Positions 11,801-26,800 of a DNA stretch of 64,000 nt are shown piece after piece. The stretch comes from the human T2T-CHM13v2.0 reference genome, Homo sapiens: assembly GCF_009914755.1 (NCBI RefSeq), contig NC_060948.1, one strand, 5' to 3'. The notes beneath the pieces are model-generated. The model had not been told where the DNA came from and did no database searches. It saw only the letters and a program-made list of their open reading frames with translations. Each line of letters opens with the position of its first letter. The first letter of the stretch is position 1. The translations under genes and the position numbers were made by a program.

Positions 11801-14800
11801 GGAATGAAATGGAATGGAAAGGATTCGAATGGAATGCAATCGAATGGAATGGAATCGAACGGAATGGAATAAAATGGAAGAAAACTGGCAAGAAATGGAA
11901 TCGAAATGAATGGAGTGTTATGGAACGGACTCAAAAGGAATTGAATGTAATAGAATGGAGTGGAGTGGACTCGAATATAATGGACTGGAATGGAATGAAA
12001 TCACATGGAATGGGAACGAATGGAATGGAATGGAAAGGAATGGAATCGAATGGAAAGGAATCGAATGGAAGGGAATGTAATTGAATCAACAGGAATGGAA
12101 GGGAATAGAATAGACGGTAATGGAATGGACTCGAATTGAATGGACACGAATGCTCAAATTGAATGGACTCGAATGGAATGGAAACGAAAGGAATGTCATC
12201 GAATGGAATTGAATCGATTGGAATGAAATCGCATAGAATGGAGTGGAATCAAATGGAATTGAATCGAAAGGAAAGGAAGCGAATGGACTGAAATGAAATG
12301 GAATGGAATTGAATGGAAAGTAATGCAATGGAATAGAATGGAACGAAATTTCACGGAATGGAATCAAACTGAATGGAATCAAATCAATGGAATCTAATCA
12401 AATGGAATGGAAAGGAATTGAATGGAGTAGATTGGATTGGATGGGATTGGAATGAAATGTACTGGAAAGGACTCGAATTTCATGAAACGGAATGGAATGA
12501 ATTGGAACGGAATGGACTCGAATGGAATGGAATGTCATGGAATGGCATCAAATGGAATGGCATCAAATGGAATGGAATCGAATGCAATGGAATGCTATGG
12601 AATGGAATGGAATGCATTGGAATGGAATGTCCTCTAATGGAATGGATTCGAGTGGAATGGCATCGAATATAATGGAGTCGAATGAAATGGAATTGAAAAG
12701 AATGGGATCGAATACAATGGAATATACTGGAATGTAATGTAATGAACTCGAATGTAATTGACTGGAATGGAATGTACATGAATGGAATGTAATCGAATGG
12801 AAAGTAATCCAATGGAATAGAATCTAATGCAATAAAATCGACTCAAATAGAGTAGAATGTAATGGAATGGAGTGCAGTGCAATGGAATGGAATGGAATGG
12901 AATGCAATGGAATGGAATGGAATGGAATGGAATGGAATTTAATGGAATGGGATGGAATGGTATGGAATGGATAGTAATGGACTGGAGTGAAATGGACTGG
13001 AAAGGAATGGACTCAAATTGAAAGGGCTCGAAAGGAATGGAGTCAAATGGAATGGTCTGGAATGGAATGAACACGAATGTAATGCAATCCAATAGAATGG
13101 AATCGAATGGCATGGAATATAAAGAAATGGAATCGAAGAGAATGGAAACAAATGGAATGGAATTGAATGGAATGGAATTGAATGGAATGGGAACGAATGG
13201 AGTGAAATTGTATGCAGTAGAAGGGAATAGAATGGAATGCAAGCGAAAGGAAAGGAATGGATTGGAATGGAATGGAATTCATTGGAATGGAAGGGAATGT
13301 AGTGTAATGGACAGGTCTGGAATAAAGTGGAATGCTACGGTCTCGAATGGAATAAAAATGTATGGAATGGAATGCAATGAAACGGAATCGAATGTCATAG
13401 AATGTAATGGAATGCAAAAAAATGGAATCCAAAATCATTGACTGGAAAGGCTGGGTGTCGAAAGGAATTGACTCCAATGGAATGGAATCGAATGGAATGG
13501 AAGTGAATAGAATCGAACTAAATCGAATGGAATGGAATTGATAGGAACGGAATGGAAAGGAATGCAATGATTTGGCATGGAATGGAATCGAATGGCATCG
13601 AATGGAATGGAATGGAATGCAATGGAATGGAATGTATTAGAATGTAATGAACTTTAATGGAATGTACTCGAATGGATTCGACTGGAATGGAATGTTCTGG
13701 AAGTGAATGGACTCCAACGGAATGGATTCCAAAGGAATGGAATCGTACGGAATGGAATCTAATGGAATGGAATTAAATGGAAATGAATCAAATTGAATAG
13801 CACGGAATAGAATTGAATGGAATGGAATGCAATGGAATCTAATGAAACGGAAAGGAAAGGAATGGAATGGAATGGAATGGGCTGGAATGGAAAGGAATCG
13901 AAACGAATGGAATGGAATCGAACTGAAGAGACTGGAATGGAATGCACTGGAATGGAAGGGAGTGTAATGGAAGGTTGTCGAAAAAAATGGAATCGAATGG
14001 AATGGAATTGAATGGAACGGAATAGAGTCGAATGGAATTGAATGGAATGGAATGGACTAGAGTGAAATGGAATCGAACCACAAGGGATGGACAGGAATAG
14101 AATGGTCTCGAATTGAATGGAATCGTATGGAATGGCATCAAACGGAATGGAATGGACAGCCACGGAATGGAATGCACTCGAATGCAATGGAGTCGAAACT
14201 AATGGACTGGAATAGAATGGACTCGACTGGTACGGACTGCAATGGAATGGAATCGAATGGAAGGGAATCGAACGGAATGGACTCGAAGGGAAAAGACTGC
14301 AATGGAAAGGTCTCCAATGGAATGGAAATTAATGGAATGGAATGGAATCGAATGAAATGGAGTCAAAAGGAATGGAATCGAATGGCAAGAAATCGAATGT
14401 AATGGAATCGCAAGGAATTGATGTGAACGGAACGGAATGGAATGGAATCCAAAGGAATGGAATAGAATGGAATGGAATCGAATGGAAAGGACTCGAATGG
14501 AAATCACTCGAATAGAATGCAATTTAATAAAATAGGATCAAATGTAATGGAATGGAATGGAAAGGAATCGAAACGAAAGGAATGGAGACAGATGGAATGG
14601 AATGGAACAGAGAGCAATGGTATAGAATGGAATGGAATCATCTGGAATGGAATTGAATGGAATGGAATAATATGAAATGGAATGGAATGGAATGGAATGG
14701 AATGCCTTGAATTAAATGGACTGGAATGGAATGGACTCGAACAGAGTGGAATGGAAAGTGTTGAGATAGAATGGAATGGACTCCTTTGGAATGGTCTAGT

Positions 14801-17800
14801 ATGCAATGCAATCGACTGGTAGGGAATCAAAAGGAATGTAATCGAATGGATTGGACTGGAATGCAATGGACTCGAATAGATTGGAAACGGAATGCAAAGG
14901 AATGGAATGGAATAGTATGGAATGGAATGGAAAGGAATGGAGTGGAATAGACTAGAGTGGAATGGAATGGACTGGAAAGCAATAGACTGGAATGGAACTT
15001 TCTTGAATGGACTGGAATCAAACGGAATGGAATGCAATGCAATCAAATGGCATGGAATAAAATAGAATGAAAGAGAATCAAATGGAATTGAATCGAATGG
15101 AATCGAATGGATTGGAAAGGAATAGAATGGAATGGAATGGAATTGACTCAAATGGAATGGACTAGAATGGAATGGATTCGAATGGAAGGCAAAGGAATGG
15201 AATCTATTGGAATGGACTGTAATGGAATGGAATGGAAGGGATTGGAATGGACTCGAATGGAATGGACTGCAATAGAAAGGATTCGAATGGAATGAAAAAG
15301 AATTGAATGGAATAGAACAGAATGGAATCAAATCGAATGAAATGGAATGGAATAGAAAGGAATGGAATGAAATGGAATGGAAAGGATTCGAATGGAATGC
15401 AATCGAATGGAATGGAATCGAACGGAATGGAATAAAATGGAAGAAAACAGGCAAGAAATGGAATCGAAATGAATGGAGTGTTATGGAACGGACTCAAAAG
15501 GAATTGAATGTAATAGAATGGAGTGGAGTGGACTCGAATATAATGGACTGGAATGGAATGAAATCACATGGAATGGGAACGAATGGAATTGAATGGAAAG
15601 GAATGGAATCGAATGGAAAGGAATCGAATGGAAGGGAATGAAATTGAATCAACAGGAATGGAAGGGAATAGAATAGACGGTAATGGAATGGACTCGAATA
15701 GAATGGACACGAATGCTCAAATTGAATGGACTCGAATGGAATGGAAACGAAAGGAATGTCATCGAATGGAATTGAATCGATTGGAATGAAATCGCATAGA
15801 ATGGAGTGGAATCAAATGGAATTGAATCGAAAGGAAAGGAAGCGAATGGACTGAAATGAAATGGAATGGAATTGAATGGAAAGTAATGCAATGGAATAGA
15901 ATGGAACGAAATTTCACGGAATGGAATCAAACTGAATGGAATCAAATCAATGGAATCTAATCAAATGGAATGGAAGGGAATTGAATGGAGTAGATTGGAT
16001 TGGATGGGATTGGAATGAAATGTACTGGAAAGGACTCGAATTTCATGAAACGGAATGGAATGAATTGGAACGGAATGGACTCGAATGGAATGGAATGTCA
16101 TGGAATGGCATCAAATGGAATGGCATCAAATGGAATGGAATCGAATGCAATGGAATGTTATGGAATGGAATGGAATGCATTGGAATGGAATGTCCTCTAA
16201 TGGAATGGATTCGAGTGGAATGGAATCGAATATAATGGAGTCGAATGAAATGGAATTGAAAGGAATGGGATCGAATAGAATGGAATATACTGGAATGTAA
16301 TGTAATGAACTCGAATGTAATTGACTGGAATGGAATGTACATGAATGGAATGTAATCGAATGGAAAGTAATCCAATGGAATAGAATCTAATGCAATAAAA
16401 TCGACTCAGATAGAGTAGAATGTAATGGAATGGAGTGCAGTGCAATGCAATGGAATGGAATGGAATGCAATGGAATGGAATGGAATGGAATGGAATGGAA
16501 TGGAATGGAATGGAATGGAATGGGATGGAATGGTATGGAATGGATAGTAATGGACTGGAGTGAAATGGACTGGAAAGGAATGGACTCAAATTGAAAGGGC
16601 TCGAAAGGAATGGATTCAAATGGAATGGTCTGGAATGGAATGAACACGAAAGTAATGCAATCCAATAGAATGGAATCGAATGGCATGGAATATAAAGAAA
16701 TGGAATCGAAGAGAATGGAAACAAATGGAATGGAATTGAATGGAATGGAATTGAATGGAATGGGAACGAATGGAGTGAAATTGTATGCAGTAGAAGGGAA
16801 TAGAATGGAATGCAAGCGAAAGGAAAGGAATGGATTGGAATGGAATGGAATTCATTGGAATGGAAGGGAATGTAGTGTAATGGACAGGCCTGGAATAAAG
16901 TGGAATGCTACGGTCTCGAATGGAATAAAAATGTATGGAATGGAATGCAATGAAACGGAATCGAATGTCATAGAATGTAATGGAATGCAACAAAATGGAA
17001 TCCAAAATCATTGACTGGAAAGGCTGGGTGTCGAAAGGAATTGACTCCAATGGAATGGAATCGAATGGAATGGAAGTGAATAGAATCGAACTAAATCGAA
17101 TGGAATGGAATTGATAGGAACGGAATGGAAAGGAATGCAATGATTTGGCATGGAATGGAATCGAATGACATCGAATGGAATGGAATGGAATGCAATGGAA
17201 TGGAATGTATTAGAATGTAATGAACTTTAATGGAATGTACTCGAATGGATTCGACTGGAATGGAATGTTCTGGAAGTGAATGGACTCCAATGGAATGGAT
17301 TCCAAAGGAATGGAATCGTACGGAATGGAATCTAATGGAATGGAATTAAATGGAAATGAATCAAATTGAATAGCACGGAATTGAATTGAATGGAATGGAA
17401 TGCAATGGAATCTAATGAAACGGAAAGGAAAGGAATGGAATGGAATGGAATGGGCTGGAATGGAAAGGAATCGAAACGAATGGAATGGAATCGAACTGAA
17501 GAGACTGGAATGGAATGCACTGGAATGGAAGGGAGAGTAATGGAAGGTTCTCGAAAAAAATGGAATGGAATGGAATGGAATTGAATGGAACGGAATAGAG
17601 TCGAATGGAATTGAATGGAATGGAATGGACTAGAGTGAAATGGAATCGAACCACAAGGAATGGACAGGAATAGAATGGTCTCGAATTGAATGGAATCGTA
17701 TGGAATGGCATCAAACGGAATGGAATGGACAGCCACTGAATGGAATGCACTCGAATGCAATGGAGTCGAAACTAATGGACTGGAATAGAATGGACTCGAC

Positions 17801-20800
17801 TGGTACGGACTCCAATGGAATGGAATCGAATGGAAGGGAATCGAACGGAATGGACTCGAAGGGAAAAGACTGCAATGGAAAGGTCTCCAATGGAATGGAA
17901 ATTAATGGAATGGAATGGAATCGAATGAAATGGAGTCAAAAGGAATGGAATCGAATGGCAAGAAATCGAATGTAATGGAATCGCAAGGAATTGATGTGAA
18001 CGGAACGGAATGGAATGGAATCCAAAGGAATGGAATAGAATGGAATGGAATCGAATGGAAAGGACTCGAATGGAAATCACTCGAATAGAATGCAATTTAA
18101 TAAAATAGGATCAAATGTAATGGAATGGAATGGAAAGGAATCGAAACGAAAGGAATGGAGACAGATGGAATGGAATGGAACAGAGAGCAATGGTATAGAA
18201 TGGAATGGAATCATCTGGAATGGAATTGAATGGAATGGAATAATATGAAATGGAATGGAATGGAATGGAATGGAATGCCCTTGAATTAAATGGACTGGAA
18301 TGGAATGGACTCGAACAGAGTGGAATGGAAAGTGTTGAGATAGAATGGAATGGACTCCTTTGGAATGGTGTAGTATGCAATGCAATCGACTGGCAGGGAA
18401 TCAAAAGGAATGTAATGGAATGGACTGGACTGGAATGCAATGGACTCGAATAGATTGGAAACGGAATGCAAAGGAATGGAATGGAATAGTATGGAATGGA
18501 ATGGAAAGGAATGGAGTGGAATAGACTAGAGTGGAATGGAATGGACTGGAAAGCAATGGACTGGAATGGATCTTTCTTGAATGGACTGGAATCAAACGGA
18601 ATGGAATGCAATGCAATCAAATGGCATGGAATAAAATAGAATGAAAGAGAATCAAATGGAATTGAATCGAATGGAATCGAATGGATTGGAAAGGAATAGA
18701 ATGGAATGGAATGGAATTGACTCAAATGGAATGGACTAGAATGGAATGGATTCGAATGGAAGGCAAAGGAATGGAATCTATTGGAATGGACTGTAATGGA
18801 ATGGAATGGAAGGGATTGGAATGGACTCGAATGGAATGGACTGCAATAGAAAGGATTCGAATGGAATGAAAAAGAATTGAATGGAATAGAACAGAATGGA
18901 ATCAAATCGAATGAAATGGAATGGAATAGAAAGGAATGGAATGAAATGGAATGGAAAGGATTCGAATGGAATGCAATCGAATGGAATGGAATCGAACGGA
19001 ATGGAATAAAATGGAAGAAAACTGGCAAGAAATGGAATCGAAATGAATGGAGTGTTATGGAACGGACTCAAAAGGAATTGAATGTAATAGAATGGAGTGG
19101 AGTGGACTCGAATATAATGGACTGTAATGGAATGAAATCACATGGAATGGGAACGAATGGAATGAAATGGAAAGGAATGGAATCGAATGGAAAGGAATCG
19201 AATGGAAGGGAATGAAATTGAATCAACAGGAATGGAAGGGAATAGAATAGACGGTAATGGAATGGACTCGAATAGAATGGACACGAATGCTCAAATTGAA
19301 TGGACTCGAATGGAATGGAAAGGAAAGGAATGTCATCGAATGGAATTGAATCGATTGGAATGAAATCGCATAGAATGGAGTGGAATCAAATGGAATTGAA
19401 TCGAAAGGAAAGGAAGCGAATGGACTGAAATGAAATGGAATGGAATTGAATGGAAAGTAATGCAATGGAATAGAATGGAACGAAATTTCACGGAATGGAA
19501 TCAAACTGAATGGAATCAAATCAATGGAATCCAATCAAATGGAATGGAGTAGATTGGATTGGATGGGATTGGAATGAAATGTACTGGAAAGGACTCGAAT
19601 TTCATGAAACGGAATGGAATGAATTGGAACGGAATGGACTCGAATGGAATGGAATGTCATAGAATGCCATCAAATGGAATGGCATCAAATGGAATGGAAT
19701 CGAATGCAATGGAATGCTATGGAATGGAATGGAATGCATTGGAATGGAATGTCCTCTAATGGAATGGATTCGAGTGGAATGGAATCGAATATAATGGAGT
19801 CGAATGAAATGGAATTGAAAGGAATGGGATCGAATACAATGGAATATACTGGAATGTAATGTAATGAACTCGAATGTAATTGACTGGAATGGAATGTACA
19901 TGAATGGAATGTAATCGAATGGAAAGTAATCCAATGGAATAGAATCTAATGCAATAAAATCGACTCAGATAGAGTAGAATGTAATGGAATGGAGTGCAGT
20001 GCAATGGAATGGAATGGAATGGAATGCAATGGAATGGAGTGGAATGGAATGGAATGGAATGGAATGGAATGGAATGGGATGGAATGGTATGGAATGGATA
20101 GTAATGGACTGGAGTGAAATGGACTGGAAAGGAATGGACTCAAATTGAAAGGGCTCGAAAGGAATGGAGTCAAATGGAATGGTCTGGAATGGAATGAACA
20201 CGAAAGTAATGCAATCCAATAGAATGGAATCGAATGGCATGGAATATAAAGAAATGGAATCGAAGAGAATGGAAACAAATGGAATGGAATTGAATGGAAT
20301 GGAATTGAATGGAATGGGAACGAATGGAGTGAAATTGTATGCAGTAGAAGGGAATAGAATGGAATGCAAGCGAAAGGAAAGGAATGGATTGGAATGGAAT
20401 GGAATTCATTGGAATGGAAGGGAATGTAGTGTAATGGACAGGTCTGGAATAAAGTGGAATGCTACGGTCTCGAATGGAATAAAAATGTATGGAATGGAAT
20501 GCAATGAAACGGAATCGAATGTCATAGAATGTAATGGAATGCAAAAAAATGGAATCCAAAATCATTGACTGGAAAGGCTGGGTGTCGAAAGGAATTGACT
20601 CCAATGGAATGGAATCGAATGGAATGGAAGTGAATAGAATCGAACTAAATCGAATGGAATGGAATTGATAGGAACGGAATGGAAAGGAATGCAATGATTT
20701 GGCATGGAATGGAATCGAATGGCATCGAATGGAATGGAATGGAATGCAATGGAATGGAATGTATTAGAATGTAATGAACTTTAATGGAATGTACTCGAAT

Positions 20801-23800
20801 GGATTCGACTGGAATGGAATGTTCTGGAAGTGAATGGACTCCAACGGAATGGATTCCAAAGGAATGGAATCGTACGGAATGGAATCTAATGGAATGGAAT
20901 TAAATGGAAATGAATCAAATTGAATAGCACGGAATTGAATTGAATGGAATGGAATGCAATGGAATCTAATGAAACGGAAAGGAAAGGAATGGAATGGAAT
21001 GGAATGGGCTGGAATGGAAAGGAATCGAAACGAATGGAATGGAATCGAACTGAAGAGACTGGAATGGAATGCACTGGAATGGAAGGGAGTGTAATGGAAG
21101 GTTGTCGAAAAAAATGGAATCGAATGGAATGGAATTGAATGGAACGGAATAGAGTCGAATGGAATTGAATGGAATGGAATGGACTAGAGTGAAATGGAAT
21201 CGAACCACAAGGGATGGACAGGAATAGAATGGTCTCGAATTGAATGGAATCGTATGGAATGGCATCAAACGGAATGGAATGGACAGCCACGGAATGGAAT
21301 GCACTCGAATGCAATGGAGTCGAAACTAATGGACTGGAATAGAATGGACTCGACTGGTACGGACTCCAATGGAATGGAATCGAATGGAAGGGAATCGAAC
21401 GGAATGGACTCGAAGGGAAAAGACTGCAATGGAAAGGTCTCGAATGGAATGGAAATTAATGGAATGGAATGGAATCGAATGAAATGGAGTCAAAAGGAAT
21501 GGAATCGAATGGCAAGAAATCGAATGTAATGGAATCGCAAGGAATTGATGTGAACGGAACGGAATGGAATGGAATCCAAAGGAATGGAATAGAATGGAAT
21601 GGAAAGGACTCGAATGGAAATCACTCGAATAGAATGCAATTTAATAAAATAGGACCAAATGTAATGGAATGGAATGGAAAGGAATCGAAACGAAAGGAAT
21701 GGAGACAGATGGAATGGAATGGAACAGAGAGCAATGGTATAGAATGGAATGGAATCATCTGGAATGGAATTGAATGGAATGGAATAATATGAAATGGAAT
21801 GGAATGGAATGGAATGGAATGCCCTTGAATTAAATGGACTGGAATGGAATGGACTCGAACAGAGTGGAATGGAAAGTGTTGAGATAGAATGGAATGGACT
21901 CGTTTGGAATGGTCTAGTAGGCAATGCAATCGACTGGCAGGGAATCAAAAGGAATGTAATCGAATGGATTGGACTGGAATGCAATGGACTCGAATAGATT
22001 GCAAACGGAATGCAAAGGAATGGAATGGAATAGTATGGAATGGAATGGAAAGGAATGGAGTGGAATAGACTAGAGTGGAATGGAATGGACTGGAAAGAAA
22101 TGGACTGGAATGGAACTTTCTTGAATGGACAGGAATCAAACGGAATGGAATGCAATGCAATCAAATGGCATGGAATAAAATAGAATGAAAGAGAATCAAA
22201 TGGAATTGAATCGAATGGAATCGAATGGATTGGAAAGGAATAGAATGGAATGGAATGGAATTGACTCAAATGGAATGGACTAGAATGGAATGGATTCGAA
22301 TGGAAGGCAAAGGAATGGAATCTATTGGAATGGACTGTAATGGAATGGAATGGAAGGGATTGGAATGGACTCGAATGGAATGGACTGCAATAGAAAGGAT
22401 TCGAATGGAATGAAAAAGAATTGAATGGAATAGAACAGAATGGAATCAAATCGAATGAAATGGAATGGAATAGAAAGGAATGGAATGAAATGGAATGGAA
22501 AGGATTCGAATGGAATGCAATCGAATGGAATGGAATCGAACGGAATGGAATAAAATGGAAGAAAACTGGCAAGAAATGGAATCGAAATGAATGGAGTGTT
22601 ATGGAACGGACTCAAAAGGAATTGAATGTAATAGAATGGAGTGGAGTGGACTCGAATATAATGGACTGGAATGGAATGAAATCACATGGAATGGGAACGA
22701 ATGGAATGGAATGGAAAGGAATGGAATCGAATGGAAAGGAATCGAATGGAAGGGAATGAAATTGAATCAACAGGAATGGAAGGGAATAGAATAGACGGTA
22801 ATGGAATGGACTCGAATTGAATGGACACGAATGCTCAAATTGAATGGACTCGAATGGAATGGAAACGAAAGGAATGTCATCGAATGGAATTGAATGGATT
22901 GGAATGAAATCGCATAGAATGGAGTGGAATCAAATGGAATTGAATCGAAAGGAAAGGAAGCGAATGGACTGAAATGAAATGGAATGGAATTGAATGGAAA
23001 GTAATGCAATGGAATAGAATGGAACGAAATTTCACAGAATGGAATCAAACTGAATGGAATCAAACCAATGGAAACAAATCAAATGGAATGGAAAGGAATT
23101 GAATGGAGTAGATTGGATTGGATGGGATTGGAATGAAATGTACTGGAAAGGACTCGAATTTCATGAAACGGAATGGAATGAATTGGAACGGAACGGACTC
23201 GAATGGAATGGAATGTCATGGAATGGCATCAAATGGAATGGCATCAAATGGAATGGAATCGAATGCAATGGAATGCTATGGAATGGAATGGAATACATTT
23301 TAATGGAATGTCCTCTAATGGAATGGATTCGAGTGGAATGGAATCGAATATAATGGAGTCGAATGAAATGGAATTGAAAGGAATGGGATCGAATACAATG
23401 GAATATACTGGAATGTAATGTAATGAACTCGAATGTAATTGACTGGAATGGAATGTACATGAATGGAATGTAATCGAATGGAAAGTAATACAATGGAATA
23501 GAATCTAATGCAATAAAATCGACTCAGATAGAGTAGAATGTAATGGAATGGAGTGCAGTGCAATGGAATGGAATGGAATGGAATGCAATGGAATGGAATG
23601 GAATGGAATGGAATGGAATGGAATGGTGTGGAATGGATAGTAATGGACTGGAGTGAAATGGACTGGAAAGGAATGGACTCAAATTGAATGGGCTCGAAAG
23701 GAATGGAGTCAAATGGAATGGTCTGGAATGGAATGAACACGAATGTAATGCAATCCAATAGAATGGAATCGAATGGCATGGAATATAAAGAAATGGAATC

Positions 23801-26800
23801 GAAGAGAATGGAAACAAATGGAATGGAATTGAGTGGAATGGAATTGAATGGAATGGGAACGAATGGAGTGAAATTGTATGCAGTAGAAGAGAATAGAATG
23901 GAATGCAAGCGAAAGGAAAGGAATGGATTGGAATGGAATGGAATTCATTGGAATGGAAGGGAATGTAGTGTAATGGACAGGCCTGGAATAAAGTGGAATG
24001 CTACGGTCTCGAATGGAATAAAAATGTATGGAATGGAATGCAATGAAACGGAATCGAATGTCATAGAATGTAATGGAATGCAAAAAAATGGAATCCAAAA
24101 TCATTGACTGGAAAGGCTGGGTGTCGAAAGGAATTGACTCCAATGGAATGGAATCGAATGGAATGGAAGTGAATAGAATCGAACTAAATCGAATGGAATG
24201 GAATTGATAGGAACGGAATGGAAAGGAATGCAATGATTTGGCATGGAATGGAATCGAATGGCATCGAATGGAATGGAATGGAATGCAATGGAATGGAATG
24301 TATTAGAATGTAATGAACTTTAATGGAATGTACTCGAATGGATTCGACTGGAATGGAATGTTCTGGAAGTGAATGGACTCCAATGGAATGGATTCAAAAG
24401 GAATGGAATCGTACGGAATGGAATCTAATGGAATGGAATTAAATGGAAATGAATCAAATTGAATAGCACGGAATTGAATTGAATGGAATGGAATGCAATG
24501 GAATCTAATGAAACGGAAAGGAAAGGAATGGAATGGAATGGAATGGGCTGGAATGGAAAGGAATCGAAACGAATGGAATGGAATCGAACTGAAGAGACTG
24601 GAATGGAATGCACTGGAATGGAAGGGAGTGTAATGGAAGGTTCTCGAAAAAAATGGAATGGAATGGAATGGAATTGAATGGAACGGAATAGAGTCGAATG
24701 GAATTGAATGGAATGGAATGGACTAGAGTGAAATGGAATCGAACAACAAGGAATGGACAGGAATAGAATGGTCTCGAATTGAATGGAATCGTATGGAATG
24801 GCATCAAACGGAATGGAATGGACAGCCACGGAATGGAATGCACTCGAATGCAATGGAGTCGAAACTAATGGACTGGAATAGAATGGACTCGACTGGTACG
24901 GACTCCAATGGAATGGAATCGAATGGAAGGGAATCGAACGGAATGGACTCGAAGGGACAAGACTGCAATGGAAAGGTCTCGAATGGAATGGAAATTAATG
25001 GAATGGAATGGAATCGAATGAAATGGAGTCAAAAGGAATGGAATCGAATGGCAAGAAATCGAATGTAATGGAATCGCAAGGAATTGATGTGAACGGAACG
25101 GAATGGAATGGAATCCAAAGGAATGGAATAGAATGGAATGGAATCGAATGGAAAGGACTCGAATGGAAATCACTCGAATAGAATGCAATTTAATAAAATA
25201 GGATCAAATGTAATGGAATGGAATGGAAAGGAATCGAAACGAAAGGAATGGAGACAGATGGAATGGAATGGAACAGAGAGCAATGGTATAGAATGGAATG
25301 GAATCATCTGGAATGGAATTGAATGGAATGGAATAATATGAAATGGAATGGAATGGAATGGAATGGAATGCCCTTGAATTAAATGGACTGGAATGGAATG
25401 GACTCGAACAGAGTGGAATGGAAAGTGTTGAGATAGAATGGAATGGACTGGTTTGGAATGGTCTAGTATGCAATGCAATCGACTGGTAGGGAATCAAAAG
25501 GAATGTAATGGAATGGATTGGACTGGAATGCAATGGACTCGAATAGATTGGAAACGGAATGCAAAGGAATGGAATGGAATAGTATGGAATGGAATGGAAA
25601 GGAATGGAGTGGAATAGACTAGAGTGGAATGGAATGGACTGGAAAGCAATGGACTGGAATGGAACTTTCTTGAATGGACTGGAATCAAACGGAATGGAAT
25701 GCAATGCAATCAAATGGCATGGAATAAAATAGAATGAAAGAGAATCAAATGGAATTGAATCGAATGGAATCGAATGGATTGGAAAGGAATAGAATGGAAT
25801 GGAATGGAATTGACTCAAATGGAATGGACTAGAATGGAATGGATTCGAATGGAAGGCAAAGGAATGGAATCTATTGGAATGGACTGTAATGGAATGGAAT
25901 GGAAGTGATTGGAATGGACTCGAATGGAATGGACTGCAATAGAAAGGATTCGAATGGAATGAAAAAGAATTGAATGGAATAGAACAGAATGGAATCAAAT
26001 CGAATGAAATGGAATGGAATAGAAAGGAATGGAATGAAATGGAATGGAAAGGATTCGAATGGAATGCAATCGAATGGAATGGAATCGAACGGAATGGAAT
26101 AAAATGGAAGAAAACTGGCAAGAAATGGAATCGAAATGAATGGAGTGTTATGGAACGGACTCAAAAGGAATTGAATGTAATAGAATGGAGTGGAGTGGAC
26201 TCGAATATAATGGACTGGAATGGAATGAAATCACATGGAATGGGAACGAATGGAATGGAATGGAAAGGAATGGAATCGAATGGAAAGGAATCGAATGGAA
26301 GGGAATGAAATTGAATCAACAGGAATTGAAGGGAATTGAATAGACGGTAATGGAATGGAATCGAATAGAATGGACACGAATGCTCAAATTGAATGGACTC
26401 GAATGGAATGGAAACGAAAGGAATGTCATCGAATGGAATTGAATCGATTGGAATGAAATCGCATAGAATGGAGTGGAATCAAATGGAATTGAATCGAAAG
26501 GAAAGGAAGCGAATGGACTGAAATGAAATGGAATGGAATTGAATGGAAAGTAATGCAATGGAATAGAATGGAATGAAATTTCACGGAATGGAATCAAACT
26601 GAATGGAATCAAATCAATGGAATCTAATCAAATGGAATGGAAAGGAATTGAATGGAGTAGATTGGATTGGATGGGATTGGAATGAAATGTACTGGAAAGG
26701 ACTCGAATTTCATGAAACGGAATGGAATGAATTGGAACGGAATGGACTCGAATGGAATGGAATGTCATGGAATGGCATCAAATGGAATGGCATCAAATGG

